A stretch of DNA of 64,000 bases from Eledone cirrhosa (GCA_964016885.1 OZ024747.1:15686001-15750000); one strand, 5' to 3'; shown: positions 28,601 to 42,782, numbered from the stretch's first letter. Program-made: numbers and translations. The notes: generated from the letters alone by a model not told the origin.

Positions 28601-29030
28601 TGCCATTCCAATCCCCTATTAACAGTAAAGGGCGAGACGTAAGCAGAAAGTTTTCCAGGCGCCTAAAGAAGTCCGGCCGACCGGCCCCAGTAGGGGCGTA
28701 GACGGCCACCAGTCTAAAGGCACCACCTTCGCTATTGCTCACGTCCAGGACCACCAACTTTCCGTCAGGATCCCGGAAGATTGACCTTACCTCGAGATCC
28801 AGACATTTCCTAAACAGCACAGCCACTCCACCTCCCATTCCCGGCCGACTAACAGATGCAAAGATCTGATAATCGTCGAAAATCGGCGCCAGTGCGCGTG
28901 TGTCGGAAATTCTGGTCTCGCTGATGGCAATTACATCCATTCCTAGTGACCTGAGGTCGTTGAGCAAGTGACCTTGCTTCCAGGGCGACCCCAGGCCACG
29001 AACATTTAAACTTCCTACTCTTATGGCCAT
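25611..29030 (-). CDS. LINE ORF2: APE endonuclease, reverse transcriptase and C-terminal CCHC zinc finger (1139 aa)
   Basis: Endonuclease motifs SLNVRG, ISET, VYAP, GDWN, IDRIF and SDH; RT motifs KSPGLDG, FRPITLLN, LDQSKAFDRV, VRQGCPLS and AYADD; CPRC...H...C zf-RVT. The frame is uninterrupted. Confidence 0.96.
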   Translation of the reverse strand: MAIRVGSLNVRGLGSPWKQGHLLNDLRSLGMDVIAISETRISDTRALAPIFDDYQIFASVSRPGMGGGVAVLFRKCLDLEVRSIFRDPDGKLVVLDVSNSEGGAFRLVAVYAPTGAGRPDFFRRLENFLLTSRPLLLIGDWNGILEARWDCVGVSDRSGGCKSLKYLISQFQLSDRYRLDFPNAPVWTWTNRIGSPRSYIDRIFIRKRDRNSVGCPHFKTVAYSDHKLVICMVDLDKTRRLGPSYWKLNMSFPARKAYRDRVNNLVKQKLTGGVVNNRWWGALKREIRATSIGFSKEVAIEKNRKEEGLIAKLDEAICSGIATDVLAARMALDHFFNAKHEGCIVRAKARALRNEGSKAARWARFAETQRGNKTTIRSLTDRDGHELSDSKQMCEAFRQHFARLFGRMGESETAADFSPYLDGLPRLSTADAERCEEPITSAEIQDALVGCSSRKSPGLDGLPYELYVNMPDLFSDLLEALYCNWQQNGSIPSSVSRGVVTLIRKDENKRDTLDNFRPITLLNTEFKILAKVLAKRLALVAKDLVGEAQTCAIPTRSIHDNLHLMRYIIERVGCKPGFGGALINLDQSKAFDRVDHRYLEAVLEAAGFGPVFRSWIAAMYSGIRSVVKVNGHLSEPFQISRSVRQGCPLSSLLYVLTLEPLLRKLELLQGIPLEPGRRKAASAYADDITVMVSDTSEIEVIRTHLEEYERLTGAKLNPEKSVGLQLGTWRGKSMPSNSVVGRWTDGPVKLLGVWFGPDLQVDKNWDEVTSRIANLTQKWAERKLSLKGRAEVANAYIASVIYYRLTVVPCPRPRLANLERLLFKFLWRGRVPLVRRSICCQHPLRGGLGMPWLMMRRHALRLRHLQIFCLNGEQVWSPFVRRAFPQLISLTELQSWVKKRPRLGDWHLECCQALTALCKVGNAVSGTSTQDFYRGLVEGKCDDVLGEALGVNEVELTSMFRRTFEPGTMDNFQKSLAWQCYRGALPVRDKLYRHGSAVRRTCPRCAQSDETVLHALVQCPCIADLWGYVEQLLSRVERIRLSSESIVKIDPPPSFGQEGQAIFLCLVAVAKEVAWWTRLKGLKTDTFLFGQSLINFFKFHLERKVRVEREVLPPSTFTERWVNVARMARVSGPTLIMRL

Positions 29031-29059
29031 GCTGGCAGGATGAATGGGAGAGGAAAGGT

Positions 29060-30970
29060 TTACTTACCTTCCGGGGTCTTGTGAAGGTCGGGTGGTTCGA
29101 CCTCCATGGTTTGTGGGGTTTCTTTTGGGAACCCCTTTAATAGTCTTGACGTGGGTTTTACGTTCGGGGTTCCCACATCCCGAGGAAAGCTCTTTCGAAT
29201 TTCTTTGTATGAAGCGAGCGACATTCGCATCAGAAGCAAATTATCTGGTACGCGAAATGTGCTCGCTTCAAATGTTTCCCCGTCTTTTTCGATGTTTGTG
29301 CTTCGTGCTACATGGGCCATCAATTCCTTGTTGGCCCTTCTGGCAAGCACGAAGTTTTTAATGTTTTGTTGCTCGGGTTTTATTTGTTCGTGTGATTGTG
29401 GTGGTGATAGCTTTGTTAGTGTTGTTTCTATTGTGTCTGCGTTTGTTGTGGGTGTGGTGTCTGTAGTTTCTGATGTTTGTGTGTCTATTTGTTCTTGTGT
29501 CTGTTTAGCTTGTTTGCGTTTGGGGGATTTTGGTGGTTGTGTTGGTGATGCTGTGGGGAAAATGTTTGTGTGGGTGGTGTGTGTATTTTTTTTTGTGGGG
29601 GTGTTTGTGCTTTGTGGATTTCTTTTTTTTTTGTGTTTTGTTTTTTGTATTTTGGGGGACTTTGGTTTTCCCTCATCTTCACTGCTGGAGGATGAGGGGT
29701 CTGTGGCTGTGAGCGTGTTTGTGTCTGAGTGAGTGTTTATGTTCTTGTTCGTGTGTGTATTTTGGGGGGGAGGGGGAATGGGAGAGCTTTCCTCGTTTCC
29801 CCCCTGGGTGTGCAATTTTGGTGGTTCCATTGTTGACGGTGTTGCTGGTGGTCCTTGTCCCGGCGTCGCCAGCAGTGGAATCTTTCGACCCCTTGCGCTT
29901 TTCGGCAGTTGAGGGCAGAAGGCTCGCAAGTGTGTCGTTTCCCCACAAAGGAAACAATGCGGCCTTTTGCCCTCAGTCATTATATGCAACACCCTCCCGT
30001 TTTGGAGGCGGATGTGGTCCGGGATTGTTTTTACGTTTTCGGGTCTGATTTGGAGCAGTATCTCCAGATCAACCCCGGACCAGTCGTCCCTGGCAGTTCT
30101 CGTTGCCTCTACCGGGACTGTATCCGTTCCTTCCACGATTACGCAACCCAGGAGCCACCACATATCAAGTCCTGGTGGAATCCTGGGAATGCGCACACGT
30201 GCTATTCGTTTTCCCATGTGGGAGGGGTACATTATGACCTTGCTGGTTTTGCAAGGGGTCATTGAATGCTTCACAGCGAGGGCTTCAGACTTGAACAGCA
30301 CCGAAACGGTGCCGTATTGCCTGCCCCTCTCTATGAAGTCTGTGTCCTCTCTGATGTATTTCAGTGCGGCTTCTATGTCAGCTTGGGCGATTATCGCTGC
30401 CCTCTTTGTCTCTACTGAGATGCATCTGAAATGCACCGTTCTTTTTTCCACTGCCTCAATGGCTTCTGCCGGGACAGTTAAGTTTGCCCAGGTCTGCTCT
30501 TGATTTATGATTTTCCAGGCCTGGGCCAACTTTTCCTCTCTGTTGGTTAAGTCGATGCTGTAGCATGGTCTCCTTTTAGCCGCTGCCACAGCAGCGAAAG
30601 TGTTCTTGTTGGTGTTGTCACTGTTGTTGTTCTTGTTGGTGTTGCTGCTGCTATTGCTGTTGTTGTTCTCCCCTGTGTCGTGGTTACCCTCTGTGCTGTT
30701 GGCCTTGTTGGTGCTGTTGCTGTCGCTACTATTACTCTCTGTGCTGTTCGTTTTGTTGGTGCTCTCGTTATTACCACCTTCTGCGCTGTTCGGCTTGTTG
30801 GTGTTGGTGTTGTCGCTGTTACCACCTTCCGCGCCGCTCGGCCCGTTGGTGCTGGCACTGTCGCTGCTCACATTCGTGCTGGTGGCGCTCCTCGCCTCAC
30901 CTCTCCTCTCAACGCTCAAGTCGCCGTTGCACGACAGCAGACCCGCCTCTAGGGGGCGTGGCTCCGCCAT
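29060..30970 (-). CDS. LINE ORF1 (gag-like, zinc knuckle; 636 aa)
   Basis: Lies directly upstream of ORF2. Contains a [14 protein letters not shown] (CX2CX4HX4C) knuckle, an N/S/T-rich repetitive N-terminus and a K/T/P-rich C-terminus. Confidence 0.9.
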   Translation of the reverse strand: MAEPRPLEAGLLSCNGDLSVERRGEARSATSTNVSSDSASTNGPSGAEGGNSDNTNTNKPNSAEGGNNESTNKTNSTESNSSDSNSTNKANSTEGNHDTGENNNSNSSSNTNKNNNSDNTNKNTFAAVAAAKRRPCYSIDLTNREEKLAQAWKIINQEQTWANLTVPAEAIEAVEKRTVHFRCISVETKRAAIIAQADIEAALKYIREDTDFIERGRQYGTVSVLFKSEALAVKHSMTPCKTSKVIMYPSHMGKRIARVRIPRIPPGLDMWWLLGCVIVEGTDTVPVEATRTARDDWSGVDLEILLQIRPENVKTIPDHIRLQNGRVLHIMTEGKRPHCFLCGETTHLRAFCPQLPKSARGRKIPLLATPGQGPPATPSTMEPPKLHTQGGNEESSPIPPPPQNTHTNKNINTHSDTNTLTATDPSSSSSEDEGKPKSPKIQKTKHKKKRNPQSTNTPTKKNTHTTHTNIFPTASPTQPPKSPKRKQAKQTQEQIDTQTSETTDTTPTTNADTIETTLTKLSPPQSHEQIKPEQQNIKNFVLARRANKELMAHVARSTNIEKDGETFEASTFRVPDNLLLMRMSLASYKEIRKSFPRDVGTPNVKPTSRLLKGFPKETPQTMEVEPPDLHKTPEGK

Positions 30971-31318
30971 GTTTTTTTGAGAAAAAAATTATTTTTTTTT
31001 TTTCAAAATAAAGTTCAAATATTTGGGCCAAAAGGCCCAAATATTATGAGTTATTCCTTCACAGGATACAAATTAATGTCTTATAATGCTTCAGCGGTAC
31101 AAAAAATAAACAATTCTCTACAATTAATCCTCAAAAAATTGCTTACTCACGGAGCTTCAAAAAACGTACATCCACTTTCGTCAATAATAATAATAATAAT
31201 GATAGAGGAGATGATGATTATGATAAATGGCCTTGATAAAAGAATGTATATATATATATATATATACATACACACAGAAACATATGTATATATACGTGTG
31301 TGTTTGTGTGTGTGCGTT

Positions 31319-31389
<71 letters not shown>

Positions 31390-31414
31390 GTGTGTATGTT
31401 TCTGTGTGTATATA

Positions 31415-31479
<65 letters not shown>

Positions 31480-31504
31480 ATATGTATATATATATATATG
31501 TATG

Positions 31505-31549
<45 letters not shown>

Positions 31550-32418
31550 TATTGAAACATTGTTCGGGGTTATTATCAGTAAAATGTAGATATGAGCATT
31601 TATTCTGTAGTGACACAACTTTTGTGAAAGGTGTTGGTAAAATCATCTGCCCAATATATTTGCTGCTCCCTTGATATCAAACTGGAAATGTCTGGTGAGT
31701 AAACAGTTTCAACTGCTTCTGAAGATAAACTCTATGCTTAAGGTCAATAACTTGTAATCAATACAGTGATGAAGCAGCTGTCGCCAGTTAGGAGATGAGT
31801 TGATAGTCTTTCATCGTTTGCGCTTCTTTATTTAAGTGCATGTTTGTTCTCTTGTCCCCGACACTATCTGCAAATAAACGCATTTTATACTTTTGATGTA
31901 TTCAGCAATTGAATTTAAAACAGCGGTGAAAGAGATAATATAGAGAATTTCGCTTGAATAATCTCGATTAAACAATAGATTGCTAATGTCCAAATATAGG
32001 AAGATGATGATGATAACAATAATAATAATAATATTAATAATATTGATAATAATTATTATTAGAATCATAATACTTTTATATATTTAATCAGAAGACCAAT
32101 TACAAAGAATGATTATTCATACATATAATTGCAAGTACAATGTTTCAACACTAGATGATGGGGATGAAGGTATAATAAACGTGTAGAAGACAAAATTATG
32201 TATATAATGATGTTGTTCAAGAAGGTTATTCAAAGAAAAAATATTTCTTAAAGTGTTCAAAAGCTTTTGGATAGTAAATGAATTATTAGGAAGTAAACAC
32301 AATAAATATAAAAGTGCATTCAGAACACTTAAGATTACCCCATATGCCGAAGTGAAAAAACCCAGCTACTTATGTCGATGTCCACCTTCTCACGCCTAGC
32401 ATTATTTGTATTATTTAT

Positions 32419-32677
32419 AGTCTGAGTTCAAATCCCGCCGAGGTTCACTTTACCTTTCATCCTTACGGAGTCGATATGTAAATGTACCAGTAATGTACTG
32501 GGACAATTGCTGGCCTTGCGCCAAAAGTAGAAACAATTATTTGTACTTGAGGTTGGTTACCCGCCGACAACTTTGTCTTTCTTAGTTACGGGGTCGATAA
32601 AGTAAATTACCTGTAATGCACTGGGATAATTGCTGCCTTTGTACCAAAAGTAGAAACAATTATTTGTACCTGAGGTG
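32419..32677 (+). mobile_element. SINE S1, 5'-truncated, with a tandemly duplicated 3' half
   Basis: Two successive body+tail units, each followed by TTGTAC(T/C)TGAGGT. Confidence 0.8.
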
Positions 32678-35408
32678 TGTTACTCCCAAATAAGCCAGGT
32701 CACATCCTTCGTAATGAAACAATGCGTGGTCAATTAACAATTCCTTTGGGATCTACATTACAAAAAAATACACCTTCCCCGCCTTTTACTTTACGAAATC
32801 TAAAAATTGATGGAACAAATGAATCCCACAATTTAGGACACAAATATGAAAACAATAAAAATAATTATATAACGTGTAATTTCATTATTATTATCTTAAA
32901 TATAGATAAATCCGCCAATACCTAAATTTTAGGATTTATTATCTTCTTACACAAAATAGGAAATTGTCTCATTTATCACATGACTTTAATGATCATATCA
33001 ATTAAGGCACATGTTAATATTTCTTATTAAGTTCCTTTAAAATGAACGGATAATTGTTTTCCGACAATCAGTTTAAACCATATAAGAACTGTGGGAATTT
33101 TATTATAATCTACTAACTTAATTTAAGCTATTAATTTATTATAATTACTTTTGCTTGTGTAAAGAAATGTCTTTATAGTGATGGAGATATTCACTTCGTA
33201 CCTAATTCATATAAAATATTCCATATACGGATTTAATTCCCAGATTTAATTTCTATTTAATAATAACTGAATTAGGAATGAACAAAATATATCTGTATAT
33301 TTTCTATCAGCTGAATTGTATGTATGTTAAAGCACATAAAATGAAATTGAGCAAAAAAATTAGTAAATTATGAATATTATCCAGTGGAAATAGTGCCAAA
33401 GATGTGTACCCCTTTTTCGTAAGCCGTGCTGACAATATACACGGCTAAATATATATATTATACTACTCCAATCTGTAAATTGATTCTGATTTGCTTAAAC
33501 TAAGAGAATCACTATAACATTTTAATGAATTATGAAATCTATTGTGGGAAACAATCTTGAGTTATACTTTGCTGGATATTCGATGCGAATACAACTCTAT
33601 TTATGGCCATCTGCCAGGTGTTTGTGGTTTGACAGGGTGATAGAGACGGACTACTACATATGAGCAGGTACCGTACGTTCCACCGGCTTTAGCATTGTTT
33701 TCTTTGCATTTGAATTGGTTTCTGTCAGTGTGAATAAAGATCCGTATACAATTGCAGAGTAAAAGTTTGCAAATATCTGCAGATATATGAAGATAAATGT
33801 ATGGGCTTCACATTCACTCATTGTCAATGTCAACACATTATACAACTACTATTCGAAATCTTGGCACTTCCAGTCGTATGACCATGGATGTGTTACTTCC
33901 TTAACAAAGGTATTCAATTAAGAACGGTGTATAGGATTATCTCACTACTTTAAGTACTTCGGCACTTATTCCATAAACAATGCCAAGTAATGCTCTAGAC
34001 TGCTGTATGAGGTCAACACAATCGATATGATGTAAACAGACACGCTGTATTTCATTGGTAATATATAGAAATCAGCGATGTTGACCAATCATTTGTACAT
34101 CTTCTAGTTTTTGAAAGTTACATAATCAGTTAATTAATTACAGTACGAGGTAATTGTTCATATTTTTCGACTGTATTTCACATCAATTTCAATTTGTTAC
34201 AATTTCGGAGTTCTCTCCCTTAGCAACAGGCAAGATTAACATTAGCTACTGAGTGTATGTGTTTTTCACTGGACTAAAAATATAAATTTCCTGAATTGAA
34301 AATATTTTCCTCGCTACATTAAGTATGTTAGTCCTCGCTCAATTAACCCGATAGTCTGGAAGCAGAGAAATCAATCAAAGAAGGAAATCATCCCTCCCAT
34401 TGCTACATTTAAAATTGCAATAAACATTTTCCATTCAATTCATTATAGCTACATTATTTGCAGTTGTATAGTTAAGAATAATATATATTGACAAACAAGA
34501 AAAACACATCCATTTTGTTTCTTACGCACCTATTCCTATCCCACCATCCGCACTAATATTGTTTTAATTCAGTCTAGTTATCTCTATCGCTTCTCTAACA
34601 ACGAAACAGCAAAATGACTGCAATGAATCAATAAATGCTGTTAGACGTGCATACGACTCAAACATCCCTATAAACAATAGATCAACAGATTAAACCAAGT
34701 GAATGATGTAAGCTAAACAGAAGCGTCGATTTCCGCCATTTTATGTTGTATCTCAATGAATAGCTCAATTTTACAATACTGATCGTTTCCATCGGCCTTT
34801 TTCCAGTCAGAGAATAACATTAAAGAGAAAACAGCTGGCGAAGTGTTTTGTTATCATTAAATGCTGAAGGAATCTAAATTCGTCATGTTTTCACGCGAAA
34901 ACTAGCAATGTGAAGCGGTAATTGAGAATAATATCTAACTCGACACATACAAGCTTCCTACGAATGAGTTCATACTTCAGAATATATCTTACGATGACCT
35001 GTTTGAAGTGAATACTGATTGAAGTGAAGAAAAAAAGAAAAACTACAACACTATAAAATACGGATTAATAAGGAAGAATAGCATTCAGCTCCTAAGTAAG
35101 CGAGGAAATAACTAAAATGAAAATGAAAGTATTTACAAAGAAAATGTAAGAGTTAGGTGGAGGGATATGTCAAGGAAAAATATTAAGGTATCAAACTATT
35201 CATTTAAATATATGAACATAAGCGTTGTGTAAGAGCACATATGTGGATGAGCTTTCGTGTAGGCATGGAGGCAATCAGCAGCTGGTCATCACCATAAAAT
35301 TATGTACACCAAACCTGAGCATCGATGGTTCATATAGTGTCACAGGAGCGTTAGTAAATCTATTACTGAGAGTGTATATGTGTCTATATATACGAATATA
35401 TTCTTGTT

Positions 35409-35489
<81 letters not shown>

Positions 35490-36224
35490 CAATAATTTTC
35501 TGCTGGGGCACCGATTTAAAGAGATTTAGTTTATCATATCGATAAAAATATTGACCGTTTGAGACTAATAATTATGGTATTGGTTTCCTCTAGTAACTCT
35601 ACGAATCTACGGAATATAAACACTCAGTAAACGTAAACACAGCACCATATTTGTTAGTATGATTTGGGTTTTCATAAATCCATAAGCTATAAAATTATCA
35701 CGAGTAAATATTTCACCCATGGCCTGAAATTACTGGGCGTAATCAAAGCTGTGGCGTTAAGGAATTTCTTTAGCAAGCAGGAGATTTTGCATTGAACCCC
35801 ACTGAAAAAGTTTCTTCTGTAGCCTTGTTTTCATCAGGATTTCTCAGTAAAATTCGTAGAAACTCTCCTTGAACCCGTAAACGAATAAAATAATGTGTTG
35901 TTATCGATGTTTTCGGCTATAATAACTGATCTAATAAAGTTGTCTTAAATAGAGGTTGGTATGTTAGAAAAATCATCATAATTTCGTGATTCAATTGCTG
36001 GCTGTGGAGCACGTTGTGTTCTTGGGCATGATGCATGATTTGGCCTTGATAGAAGTTGGGGGACTTTCATTAAAAGACCAAAGAAACCTAGTGAAGCCTA
36101 GTAGGTATGAGCTGTAATTTTCTTTTTCTTCACAAAAAATGACCAATATAAATATTGTACTTTTGACAATTTTTCTACGAGAGAACACGATATAATTGTA
36201 TTTACATTCTGTTATCCAATTAAT

Positions 36225-36290
<66 letters not shown>

Positions 36291-36296
<6 letters not shown>

Positions 36297-38727
36297 ATAC
36301 TTGGGGAGAGTCATATTTGGGTAATATTGCCAGAATTAATAACAGAACACACTCACTGTTTGGTTGGTTTTCGCTTTTCGCTTCTGTGTCTTTTATATCG
36401 GTAATCTAATTTATTCGATTCTCAATGTTGCCATTGACTGACAAACGTTCAAAAATAATAGATACAATATAGACACAAACACATATATATAGTTTATCAA
36501 AGTGCTTTCGTTGCACATCTGCAACATCGTCAGTGGTGCTATTGTTTCCTCCCCTTGCATTGTATTTTCTACGCCATCTTTATTTAGTCTGTTTATATGT
36601 TTATTTATTTATTTATTTGTTTGTTTATTTGTTTGTTTATTTTATTTTGTTTTCTTTGCGCATGCGTTAGCTTGTGTGTATAGTGTTTTGTTTGATGTGT
36701 CTTCGTGATTGGGTCACTGTGTATTGGTTAATGTATTCTATCTTTACTAGTGTGTGTTTATATGTGTTTGTTGTTATTGTGCTTGTGTATGTATTTATTT
36801 ATTTATTTATCTATTTATTTATTTATTTATTTATACTTCTCTTAGGTCAGTGTTGTTTGTTTGGGTGTTGTTGTTATTCCATTCATTCATTCAGTTTAGC
36901 CTTGACCTTCTAAGTTCTATTTCACTGGCCTCTCTGATTTGCCTATCTGCAGGGTCATTTCTATGGTTAGATATTATTCTAATTTCTATGTTGACTATGT
37001 TACCGTCGTGTTGTTGTCTGGCATGTTCGTATAGTACTGAACCGTTTTTTCGTCCTTTTAGTTCCCCCCAGTTTTGGTCTATTATTTCACCTATGCTACG
37101 AGCTGTCTCGCCTATGTATGTTGTTGTCATGTTTCTGCAAATAACCTCTGTACATCTCATGCTATAGATTACGTTTCTAGTTTTACAGTTTATCCGGGGG
37201 TTTACCTTACATATGATACATTTCCTATTAGTACAGTGGGTTTTCTTAAAAGGGTATGTTTTGCTGATCAGCGATTTTATGGTGGTTCTTGGCTTTTCTA
37301 CCACCTTAATCTTTAAGTGTGTCTTTCTCAGGGCCTTTCTACACTGGTTAGCTAATTTCCCTCCAGGGGTAGCGTCCACAAACATGAAACTCTGGTATCT
37401 CTGGTTGTCGTACCATGAGGTGGCTTTCCCTATCGTATGTCTAGCCCTATCTAAGCTATTCCATGATTTGCTCCTCTATAATGGGCAAATTCCTTTCATG
37501 TCCAGTACTATGAGGGTCTTATACTTCTCCATGGCTCCTTCATATATTCTGACTCTGTCTCTTTGGTTGTAGCCAGAAACTGCATGCGGTTGATGAAGTG
37601 TTGGATGTGTCTTTCCATTTCTGTTGGGTGGCAACCAGTGTAGAAAGGCCCTGAGAAAGAGCCACTTAAAGATTAAGGTGGTAGAAAAGCCAGGAACCAC
37701 CATAAAATCCCTGATCAGCAAAACCTACCCTTTTAAGAAAACCCACTGTACTAATAGGAAATGTATCATATGTAAGGTAAACCCCCGGATAAACTGTAAA
37801 ACTAGAAACGTAGTCTATAGCATAAGATGTACAGAGGGTACTTGCAGAAACATGACAACAACATACATAGGTGAGACAGCTCGTAGAATAGGTGAAAGGA
37901 TAGACCAACACTGGAGGGAACTAAAAGGACGAAAAACGGTTCAGTACTATACGAACATGCCAGACAACAACACGACGGTAACATAGACAACATAGAAATT
38001 AGAATAATATCTAACCATAGAAATGACCCAGCAGATAGGCAAATCAGAGAGGCCAGTGAAATAGAACTTAGAAGGTCAAGGCTAAACAGAATGAATGAAT
38101 GGAATAACAACAACACCCAAACAAACAACACTGATCTAACAGAAGTATAAATAAATAAATAGATAAATAAATAAATAAATACATACACAAGCACAATAAC
38201 AACAAACACATATAAACACACACTAGTAAAGATAGAATACATTAACCAATACACAGTGACCCAATCACGACACACATCAAACAAAACACTATACACACAC
38301 ACAAACGTATGCGCAAAGAAGACAAAATAAAATAAACAAACAAACAAACAAACAAATAAATAAATAAATAAATATAAAAACAGACTAAATAAAGATGGCG
38401 TAGAACATACAATGCAACGGGAGGAAACAATAGCACCACTGACGATGTTGCAGATGTGCAACGAAAGCACTTTGATAAACTATATATATGTGTTTGTATT
38501 TATATTGTATCTGTATTATTTTTGACCGTTGGTCAGTCAATGGCAACATTGAGGACCGAATAAATTAGATTACCGATATAAAAGACACAGAAGCGAAAAG
38601 CTAAAACCAACCAAACAGTGAGTGTGTTCTGTAATTAATTCTGGCAATATTACACAAATATGACTCTCCCCAAGTATAACAATACTTGTTTCGACACACG
38701 ATTTCATATCAAAAACCTCGCAAAACT
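36291..38727. mobile_element. Penelope-like element (GIY-YIG 3' part) as a head-to-head inverted pair in (TA)n
   Basis: Left arm 36291-37626 (-) and right arm about 37633-38727 (+) are reverse complements over about 1.05 kb. The translation gives CTNRKCIIC...CKTRNVVYSIRC...YIGETARRIGERIDQH (GIY-YIG). Hammerhead cores lie at 38434-38476 (+) and about 36495-36538 (-). Confidence 0.88.
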
Positions 38728-38738
38728 ATATATATACA

Positions 38739-38853
<115 letters not shown>

Positions 38854-38854
38854 C

Positions 38855-38900
38855 AGGCTGAATGGGTTGGGTTGTATAACCCAACGAAACGTAAGTACCT
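38855..38900 (+). ncRNA. Hammerhead in a solo PLE terminal fragment (38852-38995)
   Basis: AGG/CCU stem I, variant core CUGAAUGG, 8-bp stem II GUUGGGUU/AACCCAAC and GAAAC-GUAA-GUA. Confidence 0.65.
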
Positions 38901-39004
38901 ATAAATATCACTTTTGTAACTTACTATACTTAACATGCTGCATGGTCTGAGTGCTCTTACCCTTGGATATTCCAACTAAGCTTATACTAGATAATATATT
39001 TATA

Positions 39005-39036
<32 letters not shown>

Positions 39037-39037
<1 letters not shown>

Positions 39038-39396
39038 GTAAGGCGGGTAAAATTCCCGAGATCCATGGACGAGTTCTCTCCAGCGGTCTCTGTCCCTCAT
39101 TATCGCTGCCATATCCTGCATCTCCAACAGACCAGTGTCTGTCCTTAGGGCATCAACATATGTTAACCTTGGTCTTCCTCTTCTAGTGTGTCCATGTAGG
39201 GGCTCCCAAAGGAGCACTGAGTGCAATGTCAACTCTGGGTGTCGGTGAGCATGTCCAGCCAACCTCAGTCTCCTCTGTGTCACTTCTGAGCTGACTTTTG
39301 GGATGCTCCCATACAGCTCTGAGTTTTTCATCCTCAGTGTGTACTGATTAATGTTCCGAGCCATCCTCACCATTCTCGTGTAGCACCCATCCACCA

Positions 39397-39400
<4 letters not shown>
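39037..39400 (-). mobile_element. RTE-clade LINE 3' fragment in (TA)n
   Basis: DGCYTRMVR...NSELYG...RRLRLAGHAHRH...LLWEP...RRGRPRLTYVD...DRDRWR. Confidence 0.8.
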
Positions 39401-39468
<68 letters not shown>

Positions 39469-39759
39469 CATACATATATAGATAGGTAAAATATTAGATG
39501 TTATGTTCGAATATTGTTCAATTACGAAAAGTATAGCATAATATTTGTACTGCTATCATTTTCGAATAGCTTTATCAACTAAATTGCGTCTCCTACTCTT
39601 CAAACCATTTCCGATATTTTTCCTTTATTTGTAACATGTTTATATCCTACAAGTGTTTTCGTTTTGTTTTCGTTCTCCCTAATAAGTATCTACATTAATT
39701 ATATGGAAACCATATGCATGCTTGTTACTAAAAAAATCTCAATCTTTCTCGCTTATTCG

Positions 39760-40985
<1,226 letters not shown>

Positions 40986-41153
40986 ACGCTCACTGAGCCA
41001 ACCACTTCACCCACGCATACACTCACGAGCATTCACATACACTTACATACATACGTACCAAGCATCTCACACAACCACTCTTTCATACTTATATACTTTA
41101 CTTACCATTATATTATTCATATTAATATGACGATTGTTATGGTTATTATACTT

Positions 41154-41208
<55 letters not shown>

Positions 41209-41225
41209 TTATTACTACCACCACC

Positions 41226-41284
<59 letters not shown>

Positions 41285-41339
41285 CAATACTACTACTACT
41301 ATTACTACTACTACTACTACTACTACTACTACCTACACG

Positions 41340-41395
<56 letters not shown>

Positions 41396-41402
41396 CTACA
41401 CG

Positions 41403-41439
<37 letters not shown>

Positions 41440-41440
41440 T
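41154..41440. repeat. (CTA)n microsatellite
   Basis: Direct inspection. Confidence 0.95.
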
Positions 41441-42530
41441 AATACTAATTTTAAAATATTTGTGTTGCTATTGATATTAAAGCCGTGGTTTGTTTGTTTA
41501 TAGTCATTATTGATACTATTAGTATATTATTGTTCTTGCTTCGATGATGATGATTGAGGGTAGTGATGACACTGATGTTAATGAAGATGATAAGGATTAT
41601 CTTGACGTTGATGATCGTGATAATCATGGGAAAAAAATGAAAATGCAGGTGAAAGGGGATGTGGGGGTTAGTGATGCTACATCTGCTGATGATGATATTG
41701 CAAAAAAAAAAAAAAAAAAAAAAAAAAAACTAAAACTAATAATAATATTGAAAGCAATAAAAAAAAAAGCAGACTTATATCACATAAATATCATTTGTAC
41801 CATTCTGATAACCATCACGGCCATTGTGTGTAAAAAGCTAAGATGTCTGCTGACCTGAGGTTAGAGAGGCTTTTAATTCAGCTCTTGGACAATAGATGTT
41901 GTTATGCACAGTCCCACATAGAATTTTGACTCTATGTAGTCTGAAATGTAATAGTGGTTCATTATGTGTAAAGAAATATTGTTGATGGACGGACTGGAGA
42001 ATTTCTGAGCAAAAAGGGAGGAAATATAGAATGAAAAGCTATATAAAAAGCGTCGTTAAAGAGCATTATCTCTGACGGCATTTTCTATGAGATTTTTCTA
42101 GTGTCAATGACAAATCCACTGTTCACATCACATTCAGTCGGGTTATAGAGAAATGAAAGCCAAAATGGCATGCGCTGTCTAAATGAATGAAAGAAAGAAT
42201 GAATGAATCTTTTTGTAATGTCCTTTGTGTTTTTTTATTATTTCATATTTTTTACGGTTTTAATTCTTATTGTAGTATATTTATCTACACATACATATAT
42301 GTATAATATGTATACATATAGAGTCTCAGTTGCACACTCATGCACACAGATATAGAAATATAAATATATGCATATATTTATATTTATGTATCCATAATAT
42401 ATATATATATATATGTGTGCGTGTATGTATATATATATATGTATGTGTATATATATAAACTAATATATATATATATATATACGCATATATACGCATATAT
42501 ACACATATATACACATATATACGCATATAT

Positions 42531-42602
<72 letters not shown>

Positions 42603-42727
42603 GCACAGCCATACACCCATAAATATATATATATTTATTTATACATGTATATAATATTACATATATATTCGTATATATAGAAAGAGATATAGACAGATAG
42701 TTGCGTGCGTATGTACGTTTATCTATG

Positions 42728-42782
<55 letters not shown>

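Larger units (their letters stand above)
25337..31181 (-). mobile_element. Full-length L1/Tx1-clade non-LTR retrotransposon inserted in (AAT)n
   Basis: About 210-nt 5' UTR, ORF1, 29-nt spacer, ORF2 and a 3' UTR ending AATAAATGAAATC(ATT)n. Both sides are flanked by (AAT)n. It is GC-rich relative to the host. Confidence 0.93.

Noticed and set aside
25808-30980. Plus-strand ORFs overlapping the LINE (e.g. 29106-29732, 29967-30503)
   Set aside because: Antisense shadows of GC-rich ORF1/ORF2 with no recognisable motifs.
31600-31870. Possible terminal exon with AATAAA on the minus strand
   Set aside because: Short frame, no homology cue and no linked upstream exon.
33603-33777. Possible Cys-containing exon on the minus strand (ICKLLLCNC...FKCK...GTCSY)
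   Set aside because: It has an acceptor-like site, but no partner exons or recognisable family; needs RNA-seq.
41544-41858. Acidic D-rich ORF followed by poly-K
   Set aside because: Decayed (GAT)n tract plus an A-run; not credible as coding.
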